Source of the DNA: Bacteroidota bacterium
GTDB taxonomy: Bacteria > Bacteroidota > Bacteroidia > Flavobacteriales_D > Crocinitomicaceae
Assembly: GCA_046307935.1 (NCBI GenBank)
Contig: JBKCAB010000043.1
Span: 1 to 27,357, forward strand
DNA length: 27,357 bases
Reading direction: 5' to 3'
Notes under the pieces: generated by a model
What the model saw: the letters and a program-made list of their open reading frames with translations, nothing else
Databases searched by the model: none
What the model was told of the DNA's origin: nothing
Translations under genes and position numbers: made by a program
In this document: piece after piece, positions 18,201 through 26,092 of the stretch
Position numbering within the stretch: the first letter of the stretch is position 1
Layout: each line of letters begins with the position of its first letter

Positions 18201-18424
18201 GCGAACAGCGTATTGACGGCAAAATGGACATGAACTACCTGATCGGTGTGCCGTGGAAGATGATCACGCAGGTGGGAAGTCAAAAGCTTTTCGGTCGAAG
18301 AAAAGAATCCGGTGAAAGTGATGACGAGATCCAGTACCGGCAGAAGAACTCGAAATTCGTTTACATACGCATGACAGGCGACCTGGAAAATTACAAAGTG
18401 GGGCTGGCGAAAAAGGAGAAATAG
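15260..18424 (+). CDS. AsmA-like envelope protein (1054 aa, GTG start)
   Basis: Basic stretch plus one N-terminal TM anchor (KKKRFWKRLLLITVIVPLILFSIVLGIVY), followed by long alternating hydrophobic/polar beta-strand runs with recurring F.G...S.F...G units. The family call is from overall pattern. Confidence 0.75.
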   Translation: MVLEFYKKKRFWKRLLLITVIVPLILFSIVLGIVYSKQDAIVQEMIRTVNDDFVGTLKIKDSHIAPFANFPYISVDLENVEVFEGKKPRKKNRIAQIRDVYIGFDMFKLLGGKVEIKKIKLKEGDLRIVQHTDGSFNLTNALSSKKPLKEVKEELHLDLKSIKLENFDISKLNEANNVLVDAYITSAKSQFRTKEEHLFIALESRFELSLIKDGDTTFIKNKHFHVDTEIDLDKKANFMTIAPTQIELEKASFGFDGSIDLKNDIDLDLHFHGNKPDFNLFLALAPEELAPTLEKFENKGKIFFEASVKGRSLNGQPAINARFGCKEGFFNNIESGKRLDKIGFKGSFTNGKDRNTKTMRFELENFSARPEAGLFSGKLVVEDFESPEIDMNLHSDFDLDFLSKFLDSKELKGLSGRVALTMNFHDIIDIDQPEKSIERLNESYYTELLVENLRFKSEGLAVPVDDLDLKATMNGHETKIERFDVKMGRSDLHINGSVSDLPAIIHHTSIPVTTSLNIRSKFIDIHELTSFKKSEKGIDEQIQNLTLKLHFNSSAKSITESPNLPIGEFFIDDLHAKLKHYPHTLHDFHADVFVDERDFRVMDFSGMIDRSDFHFSGKLVNYNLWFEEKMHGDTKVEFDLTSSHLQLDNLFTYKGERFVPEDYRHEEITGLKLHGITSLHFDHGLRSTDLRLSHFEGSMKVHPLRFEDFSGNVHLEKGHLSVKDFKGRLGYSSFTVDLEYTLDEKQSNKQNSLTIKGAHLDIDELSNYNLKSSSSSSKQVDHDAGFSLYDLEFPNMNFHFDVGHLNYHHHMMDHFKADVRMSKDHMVHFDRLSFDAAGGHFDLKGYLSGKDKKHIYFKPDIRVKNVDLDKFMVKFENFGQDHVVSENLHGKFSGHVTGKIHLHADLVPDLDNSELKIDMTVLNGKLENYAPMQALGEYFQDKNVNKVLFDTLKNVFTLNKNVLKIPSMTINSSLGFMEISGEQRIDGKMDMNYLIGVPWKMITQVGSQKLFGRRKESGESDDEIQYRQKNSKFVYIRMTGDLENYKVGLAKKEK

Positions 18425-18668
18425 GTCCTGTCCTCACGCGGATTCCGGAAAATTCGCAAATATTCTTGATGATTAGGCTGTTGGAATCAAGAGCCTGGAG
18501 TATGCATTGTGCCTGTGATCCTCTGTGTGCTGTCCTCGATAAGCTCTCTACTTCTCTCCGAGCAATTGGTGAGCTTTAATAGATCACCTTGTGTCCTCTT
18601 TGCCTATGCGGTTGGGCGCTTATTAGAGAAGTCCTTTTAAATTATTTAACTCATTCTGTAACAAATAA

Positions 18669-18700
18669 TTTGCGCAACCGTTAATGAAACGGTAAATTCG
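18669..18700 (+). promoter_or_regulatory. Promoter of the small peptide gene: -33 TTTG, 20-nt spacer, -7 TAAATTCG
   Basis: TTTG at 18669-18672 and TAAATTCG at 18693-18700 (one mismatch to TAnnTTTG), with spacing typical of Bacteroidota. Confidence 0.5.
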
Positions 18701-18729
18701 CGCCGTTGTTTAACCTAATGATCAATCTA

Positions 18730-18930
18730 ATGAAGCAATTGATTTTAGCGTCTGTCCTGTTTTCAACTTTTACGCTATCGGCAAAGGAAGTGTCTGTTTC
18801 TGTCTGCTCTGCACCAGAGACCACAATTTCTTCATCGATCGACAAGAAAAAACAGCGCAGGAACAAGAAAATGAACAAGAAGCGCAAAAAAGCGTGTGCC
18901 AACTGGGCAAAGCGCAGTTACGCAGGATGA
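18730..18930 (+). CDS. Small secreted, highly basic protein of unknown function (66 aa)
   Basis: MKQLILASVLFSTFTLSA resembles a Sec signal peptide. The gene is flanked by a promoter and a terminator. An alternative in-frame ATG lies at 18718. Confidence 0.7.
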   Translation: MKQLILASVLFSTFTLSAKEVSVSVCSAPETTISSSIDKKKQRRNKKMNKKRKKACANWAKRSYAG

Positions 18931-18950
18931 TCATTTTCACGCAAAGTACG

Positions 18951-18979
18951 AGCGGGTTCTAATAGGATCCGCTTTTTTA
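18951..18979 (+). terminator. Intrinsic terminator after the small peptide gene
   Basis: AGCGGGUUC-UAAUA-GGAUCCGCU followed by UUUUUAU: a 9-bp stem with two G-U pairs. Confidence 0.7.
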
Positions 18980-19000
18980 TTGCGCTGAACTCGGAATATT

Positions 19001-19008
19001 TACCTTTG
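19001..19008 (+). promoter_or_regulatory. -7 element (TACCTTTG) for the MFS gene
   Basis: Exact TAnnTTTG match, only 4 nt before the GTG start. Confidence 0.55.
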
Positions 19009-19012
19009 TGCT

Positions 19013-20266
19013 GTGTCACGCAACAAAGAGAAACACGATCCTTTTGCCGTACTGCGTTACCGCGAGTACAACCTTTTTCTTAGCTTCCGTTTTTTTCTTA
19101 CGCTGGGAATACAGATGCAAAGTGTGATCGTTGGTTGGCAAATCTATGAGCTGACAGACGACGTACTCTACCTGGGCTTGATCGGTCTTGCCGAAGCGAT
19201 CCCGTTCATTATCGTCTCTCTCTTCTCGGGTCATGTTGCCGACACCTACAAGCGGAAACACCTCGTGGTGTTCTTTACGTCACTTTTCCTGTTACTGACC
19301 GGATTTCTATACTGGTTGTCCCTGCATGTGAACTTAGTGATCATTGAAGAACACGGCAGCTGGCCGATCTTTGCTGCCATCTGTGGGGTTGGCATCATCC
19401 GCGGCTTTCTTTCTGCGGCAATACCGGCCTTCATGGCACAGATCATTCCCCGTGAACTCTACGCCAATGCAGCCACTTGGAACAGCACAGTGTGGCATGT
19501 GGCTTCCATCATTGGGCCTTCACTCGCGGGTTTCATGATCGCAGCGGGATATACCGCCGCCTACACTATGGACATTTCCTTCATAGCAATCGCTCTTGTC
19601 GCCTTTGCGCTGATAGCAGGAAAACCAAAGCCGGTCCGTGAAAAGTCAGAAACACTTTATGAAAGTCTTTCGGCGGGCGTGAAATTCGTATTCAAGAACC
19701 AGTTGATACTCGCAGCTTTGACACTTGATCTGTTCGCTGTGCTATTCGGTGGTGCGGTGGCCCTGTTGCCTGCATTCTCAGAAAAGGTACTGCACACCGG
19801 GGCGATTGAATTGGGATTTCTGCGGGCAGCACCTGCGATCGGTGCAGTGATCATGGCACTGATCATCGCATACCGCCCACCAACGCACAACGCGGGACGT
19901 AATCTTTTGCTTTCTGTGGCGCTATTTGGGGTATCAACGGTGCTATTTGGTCTCTCTACAAACTTTTATCTGGCCTTTTTCTTCTTGTTGCTTACCGGCG
20001 CCTTCGATAACGTAAGCGTGGTGATACGACACACGATCCTACAACTCTCCACACCGGATAACATGCGTGGAAGAGTCTCTGCCGTAAACGGGATCTTCAT
20101 CGGCTCCTCCAACGAGATCGGTGCTTTTGAATCGGGTGTGACTGCCCGTATGTTCGGGATCCGGCCGGCCATCGTTCTCGGTGGAGTGCTGACCATGGCT
20201 GTTGTAATGGGTACGGCTCAGTTGGCTCCGAAGCTCAGAAAACTCAATATCGATCAACTTCATTAA
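19013..20266 (+). CDS. MFS transporter, DHA3/EntS-like exporter type
   Basis: About 12 TM segments, motif A-like GHVADTYKRK, Q..TPDNMRGRV, and IGSSNEIGAFESG. Confidence 0.88.
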   Translation: MSRNKEKHDPFAVLRYREYNLFLSFRFFLTLGIQMQSVIVGWQIYELTDDVLYLGLIGLAEAIPFIIVSLFSGHVADTYKRKHLVVFFTSLFLLLTGFLYWLSLHVNLVIIEEHGSWPIFAAICGVGIIRGFLSAAIPAFMAQIIPRELYANAATWNSTVWHVASIIGPSLAGFMIAAGYTAAYTMDISFIAIALVAFALIAGKPKPVREKSETLYESLSAGVKFVFKNQLILAALTLDLFAVLFGGAVALLPAFSEKVLHTGAIELGFLRAAPAIGAVIMALIIAYRPPTHNAGRNLLLSVALFGVSTVLFGLSTNFYLAFFFLLLTGAFDNVSVVIRHTILQLSTPDNMRGRVSAVNGIFIGSSNEIGAFESGVTARMFGIRPAIVLGGVLTMAVVMGTAQLAPKLRKLNIDQLH

Positions 20267-20287
20267 GTTTCCGTACCTTAGTACCAC

Positions 20288-21526
20288 ATGAAATTCACAG
20301 AACTCGGCCTGAACGAACAGATCCTTGATGCCATCGATCACATGGGATTTGTCAACGCCACTCCTATTCAGCAACAAGCTATCCCTCTCATACTAGCCGG
20401 AAAGGACCTCATCGCCTGTGCGCAGACCGGAACGGGAAAAACAGCAGCTTTTATTCTTCCTGTCCTTCACAAACTGGCTGGAAAAGAGGATCTGTCCATC
20501 AATACCCTCATTATCGTTCCAACTCGTGAGCTGGCAGTGCAGATCGAACAAGAGATCCAGGGACTTTCCTACTTCGTTTCCGTGGGATCGATCGCTATCT
20601 ACGGAGGTGGAAGCGGGAAAGACTGGGACGAACAGAAAGCAGCGCTCACAGAAGGACGCGACATCATCGTTGCAACACCAGGTAAGCTGATCTCACACCT
20701 CACTCAGGAATACATCGACCTGTCAAAAGTACAGCACCTCATCTTGGATGAAGCGGATAAAATGCTCGATATGGGTTTCTCCGATGACCTGCTGCGCATC
20801 ATTTCCTTCCTGCCAAAGGAACGGCAAAACCTCATGTTCAGTGCCACTATGCCTCCAAAGATCCGTGACCTTGCGAAGCATATTTTAAAGGCCCCGGAAG
20901 AGATCACCCTTTCGATCTCCAAGCCCGCTGCAGGTGTTACCCAGCGTGTAGCCCTAACCTACGACAATCAGAAGATACCGCTGATCAAAGACATCTTGGA
21001 TAAGCGACCAGAGTACACCAGTATCATCATCTTCACCTCCTCCAAGAGTCGCGTAAACGAGATCGTTCATTCTTTGAAGAAAAATGGATTCAAGGCTTAC
21101 GGTTTTTCCTCCAATCTCGAACAGGAACAGCGTGAAGAGATCCTCAGAGGTTTCCGTTCCCGCAGAATACGGATACTTGTTGCTACTGACGTGATGAGCC
21201 GCGGGATCGATATCAAGGAGATCAATCTGGTGATCAATTTTGATACTCCATACGATGCTGAGGATTACGTTCACCGTGTAGGAAGAACGGCACGCGCCAA
21301 TACCAAAGGGGAAGCGATCACATTGGTCAATGAAAAGGACATGCGGAAGCTGGCCCAGATCGAACGGCTTATAGAAGCGGAGGTCCCGCGCATGGAATTG
21401 CCGGCTGATTTAGGTCCTGGACCGGAGTGGAAAGTGATGTCATCCGGAAATAAAAAGAAAAAGCGGCCTTTCAAACGAAAACCCAAAATTAAAGGCCCCA
21501 CATCATCACAGCAGGGGAAAGTTTAA
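20288..21526 (+). CDS. DEAD-box RNA helicase (RhlE-like)
   Basis: Q motif GFVNATPIQ, AQTGTGKT, PTRELA, TPGKL, DEAD, SAT, RGID, HRVGRTAR, and a basic C-terminal tail. Confidence 0.95.
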   Translation: MKFTELGLNEQILDAIDHMGFVNATPIQQQAIPLILAGKDLIACAQTGTGKTAAFILPVLHKLAGKEDLSINTLIIVPTRELAVQIEQEIQGLSYFVSVGSIAIYGGGSGKDWDEQKAALTEGRDIIVATPGKLISHLTQEYIDLSKVQHLILDEADKMLDMGFSDDLLRIISFLPKERQNLMFSATMPPKIRDLAKHILKAPEEITLSISKPAAGVTQRVALTYDNQKIPLIKDILDKRPEYTSIIIFTSSKSRVNEIVHSLKKNGFKAYGFSSNLEQEQREEILRGFRSRRIRILVATDVMSRGIDIKEINLVINFDTPYDAEDYVHRVGRTARANTKGEAITLVNEKDMRKLAQIERLIEAEVPRMELPADLGPGPEWKVMSSGNKKKKRPFKRKPKIKGPTSSQQGKV

Positions 21527-21530
21527 CAAG

Positions 21531-24167
21531 CTACCTCAAAAGGTTAACGTGTCCTGTGATGAATTGTTTATCGTCGTTATCTCTGCTTTTGAATTCGATC
21601 TTCCAGATATATGTCCCTTGCTGGCAAGTATAAATGGTATCACCATTGGTATAACTTCCATCCCAACCGTAATTTGGATCATTGGACTCAAATATGAGCT
21701 CTCCCCAACGATTGAAGATCTTTAGATTGTAATTGTAAGGATCAAACCCGGAGGTGAAAACCGGTTTAAAGGCTTGATTAACGATGTCTCCATCCGGTGT
21801 AAATGAATTGGGTACATAGTAGATCAACTCTTCCAAGACTTCCACGTAATTAACTGCTGTATCGAGACATCCAAGCGGTGATTCGGCCACTAATGTAATC
21901 CAGTAGCTACCTGCCTCTCCGAGCGGAAATTGATGGGTCGGTTCAACCTCGTTGCTAGGCGCTGAACCATCCTGAAAATACCAGGTGTAGCTTTCTCCCC
22001 CGACACTAGTGTTCATAAATGACACCTCTGTACTCCAGCTCGTCACCTGCTGAGGTATCGGAAGGAATGAAGCGATCGGCGGCGCCTCTGCACAGATCAT
22101 ATTTTCTTGTGTCAGCGAACTAAAACAGCCACTTGAAAATTCAGTGGTCAATGTCACGTCGTAGCACCCCCCCTCTTCAAAAACAGCCTGCACCGTTCCA
22201 CATCCGGAAATTGTTGTACCATCCGATAACGTCCAGACACAACTCGTTGTTCCTTCGGTCGTATTGGTGAAATTGACGGTAAGCGGCGTACATCCCGAGT
22301 TTATATCTGCTGTAAAGGAGATTTGCGGCGAGCTGCCTGTGGTAATGGTAATATCATCTGTATCTGTACATCCAAAGGCTGATGTTCCTGTAACCGTGTA
22401 AACTGTTGTTCCGGCGGGAGGGAAGAATGCGACGCCATTGGACACTCCATTGTTCCATGTATAACTCGCGGCACCTGTTCCCGTAAGGGTCGCCATTGAA
22501 CCTTCACAGAGTGAAAGATCATTTCCGGCATTGACATTTGGTATGGGATTCACTGTGACTGAAATCTGATCTGAAGCTTCACATCCCTGTGACTCGACAG
22601 TTACCGAATATGTCCCTGTCTGGTTAACCAATAAAGTGGCACCGGTCGAATTATCCTGCCACAAGTAATTTCCACCGGGTACTGTAGCATCCAGTAAAAG
22701 CGTTTCACCAGCACAAAATGATGCATCATTCCCAAGATCTACATCGGGTGAAGGATTCACCAAGACTGAAAGGTTATCGGTTGCTGTCCCACAAGAATTC
22801 GTCACATTCACGGTATAACTCCCGGGAAGTGACACATTGTATGTTGACGTCGTAGCACCATCCTGCCACGTATAGTTTGCGCCGGGAAAGGAGGCGTCTA
22901 AGGTGACTGTTTCTCCCTGACAGATCGTTAGATCAGGTCCAAGATCCACCAACGGTGAACCTACATATGTAACTGTAATGGCATCCGTCACAGATCCGCA
23001 GTTATTCGTGAGCGTTACGGAAAAGTCTCCCGCCAGGGTTACATTAAACGTAGGCGACGTAGATCCATCCTGCCATAAGTAGGACGCTCCCGGATCAGTT
23101 ACATTGAGCAGCTGAGTTTGTCCATTGCACAACACCAGATCAGGACCAAGATTCAACACCGGAGGAGCATTGTAAATGGCCTGAACAGCATCTGTTGCAG
23201 AACCGCAATTGTTGGTGACCGTTACCGAATAGTTGCCCGCCTGTGTAACTGTGAAGGTAGGAGATGTTGATCCATTCTGCCACAAATAGCTTGCTCCGGG
23301 AGTTGTTGCGTTCAACACTTGTGATTGCCCCGTGCAAAGCGTTAGGTCAGGACCGAGGTTCAGAACCGGCGCGGAGCCAAAATTAACAGTTACAGCATCG
23401 GTTGCTGTACATCCGTTGACATTGATGGTTACACTGTAGGTTCCGGCTTGCGTCACGTTAAAGGTTGGTGCTGTCGAACCGTTTTGCCATTGATAGTTAG
23501 CACCGGGGGTTGTTGCATTGAGTGTCACGGTTTGTCCGGCACATAAATTCTGATCCGGGCCCAAATTCACGGAACAAGTTGTTGAGGGAACGTTACACCC
23601 TACACATAGATTATTTACAAATCCTGATGATCCTGTAGCACCTGAATGGATAATAAGCCAGGTATGTCCCGCTTGAGCAGCAGTCGCCGTAAACGTAAAC
23701 GGATTGGTCACCCATGAAGTTCCTGCGGGTGTCAAATTCCCTACCAGGGTTCCCGGATACATTGCTGTGGAATTGGTATACACTGCGGGAGAAAAGTTGG
23801 CGTTGCTTCCGAAACCGTGACTGACAGTTGTGAAATTGAAGGTGTAGGTTTGTCCGGCAACAAGCGGTGCATTCAATTGAACAGCAAAGCCCTCGCCACC
23901 TGTGGTCCATGAATTACCATTTCCGCACCAGATGACACGACAGCCCTGACCACCAGCGGGTGGAGGCAGTGTCAGATTGGCTCCCGACCAGCCACCAACC
24001 CAGGCCGAACCGTTCCATTGGCACAGATCAGCATCGAAACTTACCAAATTTGCACTGGGTGGAAATCCTGTTGATGGAGTGCTAGTCGAAAAACAAGAGT
24101 CTATTATCTGTTGTCCAAATCCATTGAAAGTCGCAAGAATTGCCAGGAACGTATAGATATGTTGCAT
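21531..24167 (-). CDS. T9SS type B cargo (gliding-motility-associated C-terminal domain) with six Ig-like repeats and two PKD domains
   Basis: The start is moved to ATG 24167 (MQHIYTFLAILATFNGFGQ, a signal peptide). The C-terminus YVPNSFTPDGD..N..F..IFNRWGELIFES..WDG..GTYIWKI..GHVNLLR is the type B CTD signature. Confidence 0.9.
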   Translation of the reverse strand: MQHIYTFLAILATFNGFGQQIIDSCFSTSTPSTGFPPSANLVSFDADLCQWNGSAWVGGWSGANLTLPPPAGGQGCRVIWCGNGNSWTTGGEGFAVQLNAPLVAGQTYTFNFTTVSHGFGSNANFSPAVYTNSTAMYPGTLVGNLTPAGTSWVTNPFTFTATAAQAGHTWLIIHSGATGSSGFVNNLCVGCNVPSTTCSVNLGPDQNLCAGQTVTLNATTPGANYQWQNGSTAPTFNVTQAGTYSVTINVNGCTATDAVTVNFGSAPVLNLGPDLTLCTGQSQVLNATTPGASYLWQNGSTSPTFTVTQAGNYSVTVTNNCGSATDAVQAIYNAPPVLNLGPDLVLCNGQTQLLNVTDPGASYLWQDGSTSPTFNVTLAGDFSVTLTNNCGSVTDAITVTYVGSPLVDLGPDLTICQGETVTLDASFPGANYTWQDGATTSTYNVSLPGSYTVNVTNSCGTATDNLSVLVNPSPDVDLGNDASFCAGETLLLDATVPGGNYLWQDNSTGATLLVNQTGTYSVTVESQGCEASDQISVTVNPIPNVNAGNDLSLCEGSMATLTGTGAASYTWNNGVSNGVAFFPPAGTTVYTVTGTSAFGCTDTDDITITTGSSPQISFTADINSGCTPLTVNFTNTTEGTTSCVWTLSDGTTISGCGTVQAVFEEGGCYDVTLTTEFSSGCFSSLTQENMICAEAPPIASFLPIPQQVTSWSTEVSFMNTSVGGESYTWYFQDGSAPSNEVEPTHQFPLGEAGSYWITLVAESPLGCLDTAVNYVEVLEELIYYVPNSFTPDGDIVNQAFKPVFTSGFDPYNYNLKIFNRWGELIFESNDPNYGWDGSYTNGDTIYTCQQGTYIWKIEFKSRDNDDKQFITGHVNLLR
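22327..23577 (-). repeat. Six intragenic tandem repeats of about 69 aa (about 207 bp)
   Basis: Recurring LG[PN]D..[LIF]C.G....L.A..PGA.Y.WQ.G.T.....V...G.YSV......C....D. The NLGPD-type codons recur at about 207-bp spacing; the sixth copy is more diverged. Confidence 0.85.
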
Positions 24168-24210
24168 AACCAGCTTAGTGACGAATTGAAAGGCGATGAG
24201 TTGCCTGTAT

Positions 24211-25212
24211 TTACGTAATTGTTCGGTAAACACTATCTACAGTAATTTGTGTGATACATTTACACGTTTTGCCCTTTTTACAGATCGGACAGCTCTCATC
24301 GTATACCAGGATTTCCACATCACGACCCAATGCCGCCCAACGTCCGGGATGTATGGGTTTTCTGGGAGAAAAGAGTCCAACTGTTCGAATACCGGTAAAA
24401 GCAGCTATGTGCAGCGGACCCGTAGAGCACGCCACAAGGGCATTGCATTTTCCGATGAATGTGATCAGTTCAGTCAGAGTCATTTGTCCCGTTGTGTCCA
24501 TGATCAGTGCATGATCGGGAATGAGGTGTCTGAACTCTTTACCTTCGTTTTCTGTACCGGTAAAGAAAACTTGTGCGCCTTTTTCTGCCAGTCGTTTCGC
24601 TAACTCGACATAATTTTCGATCGTCCATTCCAAAGCACTGCCCTGAGATTTAGGATGCAAAACAACGTTTTCACGGGAATTCTGAACACGAGCGGCAATT
24701 TCGGCAGGTAATGCAGTTTGTGTCGGCACGAAAGCATCCAACATCTCTCGGACCGCATTCAGCGTGGGTATTTCACGCAGTCCAAAAGGTCGAAGTAATT
24801 CGAAGTTCAGCTGGGACTCATGCAGATCAGAACGTTTGCGCGTAAAACTGATGCGGTGGTTACAGGTAAGCAAATGAAAGGTGCGGTGCGACGTTCCAAC
24901 CCTGAAGGGTATCTTCGCTTTTTTGGCCAGCGAGGCGATTTCTTTTACCGGGAAAACGTGAATGATGGCGTCTGCTCTCAATTCCGAGAATCTACTCACC
25001 CGTTCAGCCGTTGGAAGCATTTCAAGCTCCTTCCAGTCAATGAATCGATCTACTACTGAAAAACAATCTACAACGGGCCTTGTATAACCGCTTCCCAAGT
25101 AGATGAGTTCTGACTGTGGGTAATTCTTTTTCAACCATACGAGCATGGGAAGTGTCAACATGACATCTCCGATGCTGTCAGTTCTCGATATTACAATTCG
25201 CTCGAAATTCAC
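24211..25212 (-). CDS. Glycosyltransferase family 9 (heptosyltransferase-like, LPS core), GTG start
   Basis: RTDSIGDVMLTLP, HP motif (LHPKSQGS), and STGPLHIAA, corresponding to the GT9 DSGPxH motif. Confidence 0.88.
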   Translation of the reverse strand: MNFERIVISRTDSIGDVMLTLPMLVWLKKNYPQSELIYLGSGYTRPVVDCFSVVDRFIDWKELEMLPTAERVSRFSELRADAIIHVFPVKEIASLAKKAKIPFRVGTSHRTFHLLTCNHRISFTRKRSDLHESQLNFELLRPFGLREIPTLNAVREMLDAFVPTQTALPAEIAARVQNSRENVVLHPKSQGSALEWTIENYVELAKRLAEKGAQVFFTGTENEGKEFRHLIPDHALIMDTTGQMTLTELITFIGKCNALVACSTGPLHIAAFTGIRTVGLFSPRKPIHPGRWAALGRDVEILVYDESCPICKKGKTCKCITQITVDSVYRTIT

Positions 25213-25216
25213 TTTA

Positions 25217-25224
25217 CAAAGTTC
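25217..25224 (-). promoter_or_regulatory. Possible -7 element (GAACTTTG) for GT9
   Basis: One mismatch to TAnnTTTG, 4 nt before the GTG start. Confidence 0.35.
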
Positions 25225-25333
25225 TGTTTTTATTCCTTGTTCTGAGCTTTTTCGTTAAAGAAAAGACCCGAAAACTAAACAGTAGAAAGTGGATGAAATA
25301 ACAAATTAGGACTCAACAATCACCACGACATTG

Positions 25334-26089
25334 TCAATCATACCGCCGCAGCCTCCTTAGCTCTCTGTATTTGAGCACGTTCGACTGTGCACTGATCCAT
25401 GCGATCATGAGTCCCATCCTGCCGTCGAGAAAACCAAGCTGGATGCAATACATGGAAAAGAATCTGGCCACACCACTAAAAAATGGCTTCAAGGGACCGC
25501 ATTTCTTGCCCTGTTCAGCATATTTTCTGGCGGTCATAAGTGAATATCTATGTGCTCTTTCTCGGTGCTGTTTAAAATCGTAATAGGAATAATGTTCCAA
25601 AAGTCCCTCCAAAAGTACTGTTTCAGTCCCTTTATCCACGTCCAGTTCCTCATGAACGATCTCTCCGATCCAGCGGGCTTTATCCCTTGGGAACAAACGA
25701 ACCTTGACGTCCGGAAACCATCCGGAATGGCGAATCCACTTTCCACAGTAATTCGTTATGCGGTTAACGGAATAAGCGCCGTCGAGACCTTCACTCTTTA
25801 ACCTGGACAAGGTCTCCCGAAGTTCAATACTAAGCGCCTCGTCTGCGTCGATCGACAAGATATAATCACCGGTGGTTTGCTCATTGAGAAAGTTCTTCGC
25901 TGCCGCATATCCCATCCATTCCTTTTGGACGAAACGCACTCCTTTCGCACGACAGATCTCAGCGGTACGGTCGGTTGAGTTCGCATCCAGCACAACGATC
26001 TCATCAACACATCCCTTTAGCGAATCTATGCACCTTTCGATGTTCCGCTCCTCGTTCAACGTAATGATCGCAGCTGAAATGGTTGTCAT
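25334..26089 (-). CDS. Glycosyltransferase family 2 (WaaE/LgtF-like LPS glucosyltransferase type)
   Basis: ISAAIITLNEERNI, DANSTD, DxD motif IDADE, GWFPD and VHE. Confidence 0.88.
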   Translation of the reverse strand: MTTISAAIITLNEERNIERCIDSLKGCVDEIVVLDANSTDRTAEICRAKGVRFVQKEWMGYAAAKNFLNEQTTGDYILSIDADEALSIELRETLSRLKSEGLDGAYSVNRITNYCGKWIRHSGWFPDVKVRLFPRDKARWIGEIVHEELDVDKGTETVLLEGLLEHYSYYDFKQHRERAHRYSLMTARKYAEQGKKCGPLKPFFSGVARFFSMYCIQLGFLDGRMGLMIAWISAQSNVLKYRELRRLRRYD

Positions 26090-26092
26090 GTA

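Noticed and set aside
18460-18500. Hammerhead-like UUGAUGA, and a CsrB/RsmY call for the GGA repeats
   Set aside because: The core differs from CUGAUGA and no GAAA follows the stem. The GGA motifs are not clearly in hairpin loops, and no csrA context is visible.
18502-18579. 25-aa ORF MHCACDPLCAVLDKLSTSLRAIGEL
   Set aside because: It is very short, has no promoter box or A-rich initiation context, and overlaps the repeat-rich structured region, so it is probably chance.
20274-20281. TACCTTAG as a separate promoter for the helicase
   Set aside because: It mismatches the conserved TTTG and has no -33 element, and co-transcription with the MFS gene explains the layout.
22327-23577. Repeats as a diversity-generating retroelement, CRISPR array or recent duplication
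   Set aside because: The copies are in-frame protein repeats with many synonymous differences, with no adenine-specific pattern and no reverse transcriptase or cas gene.
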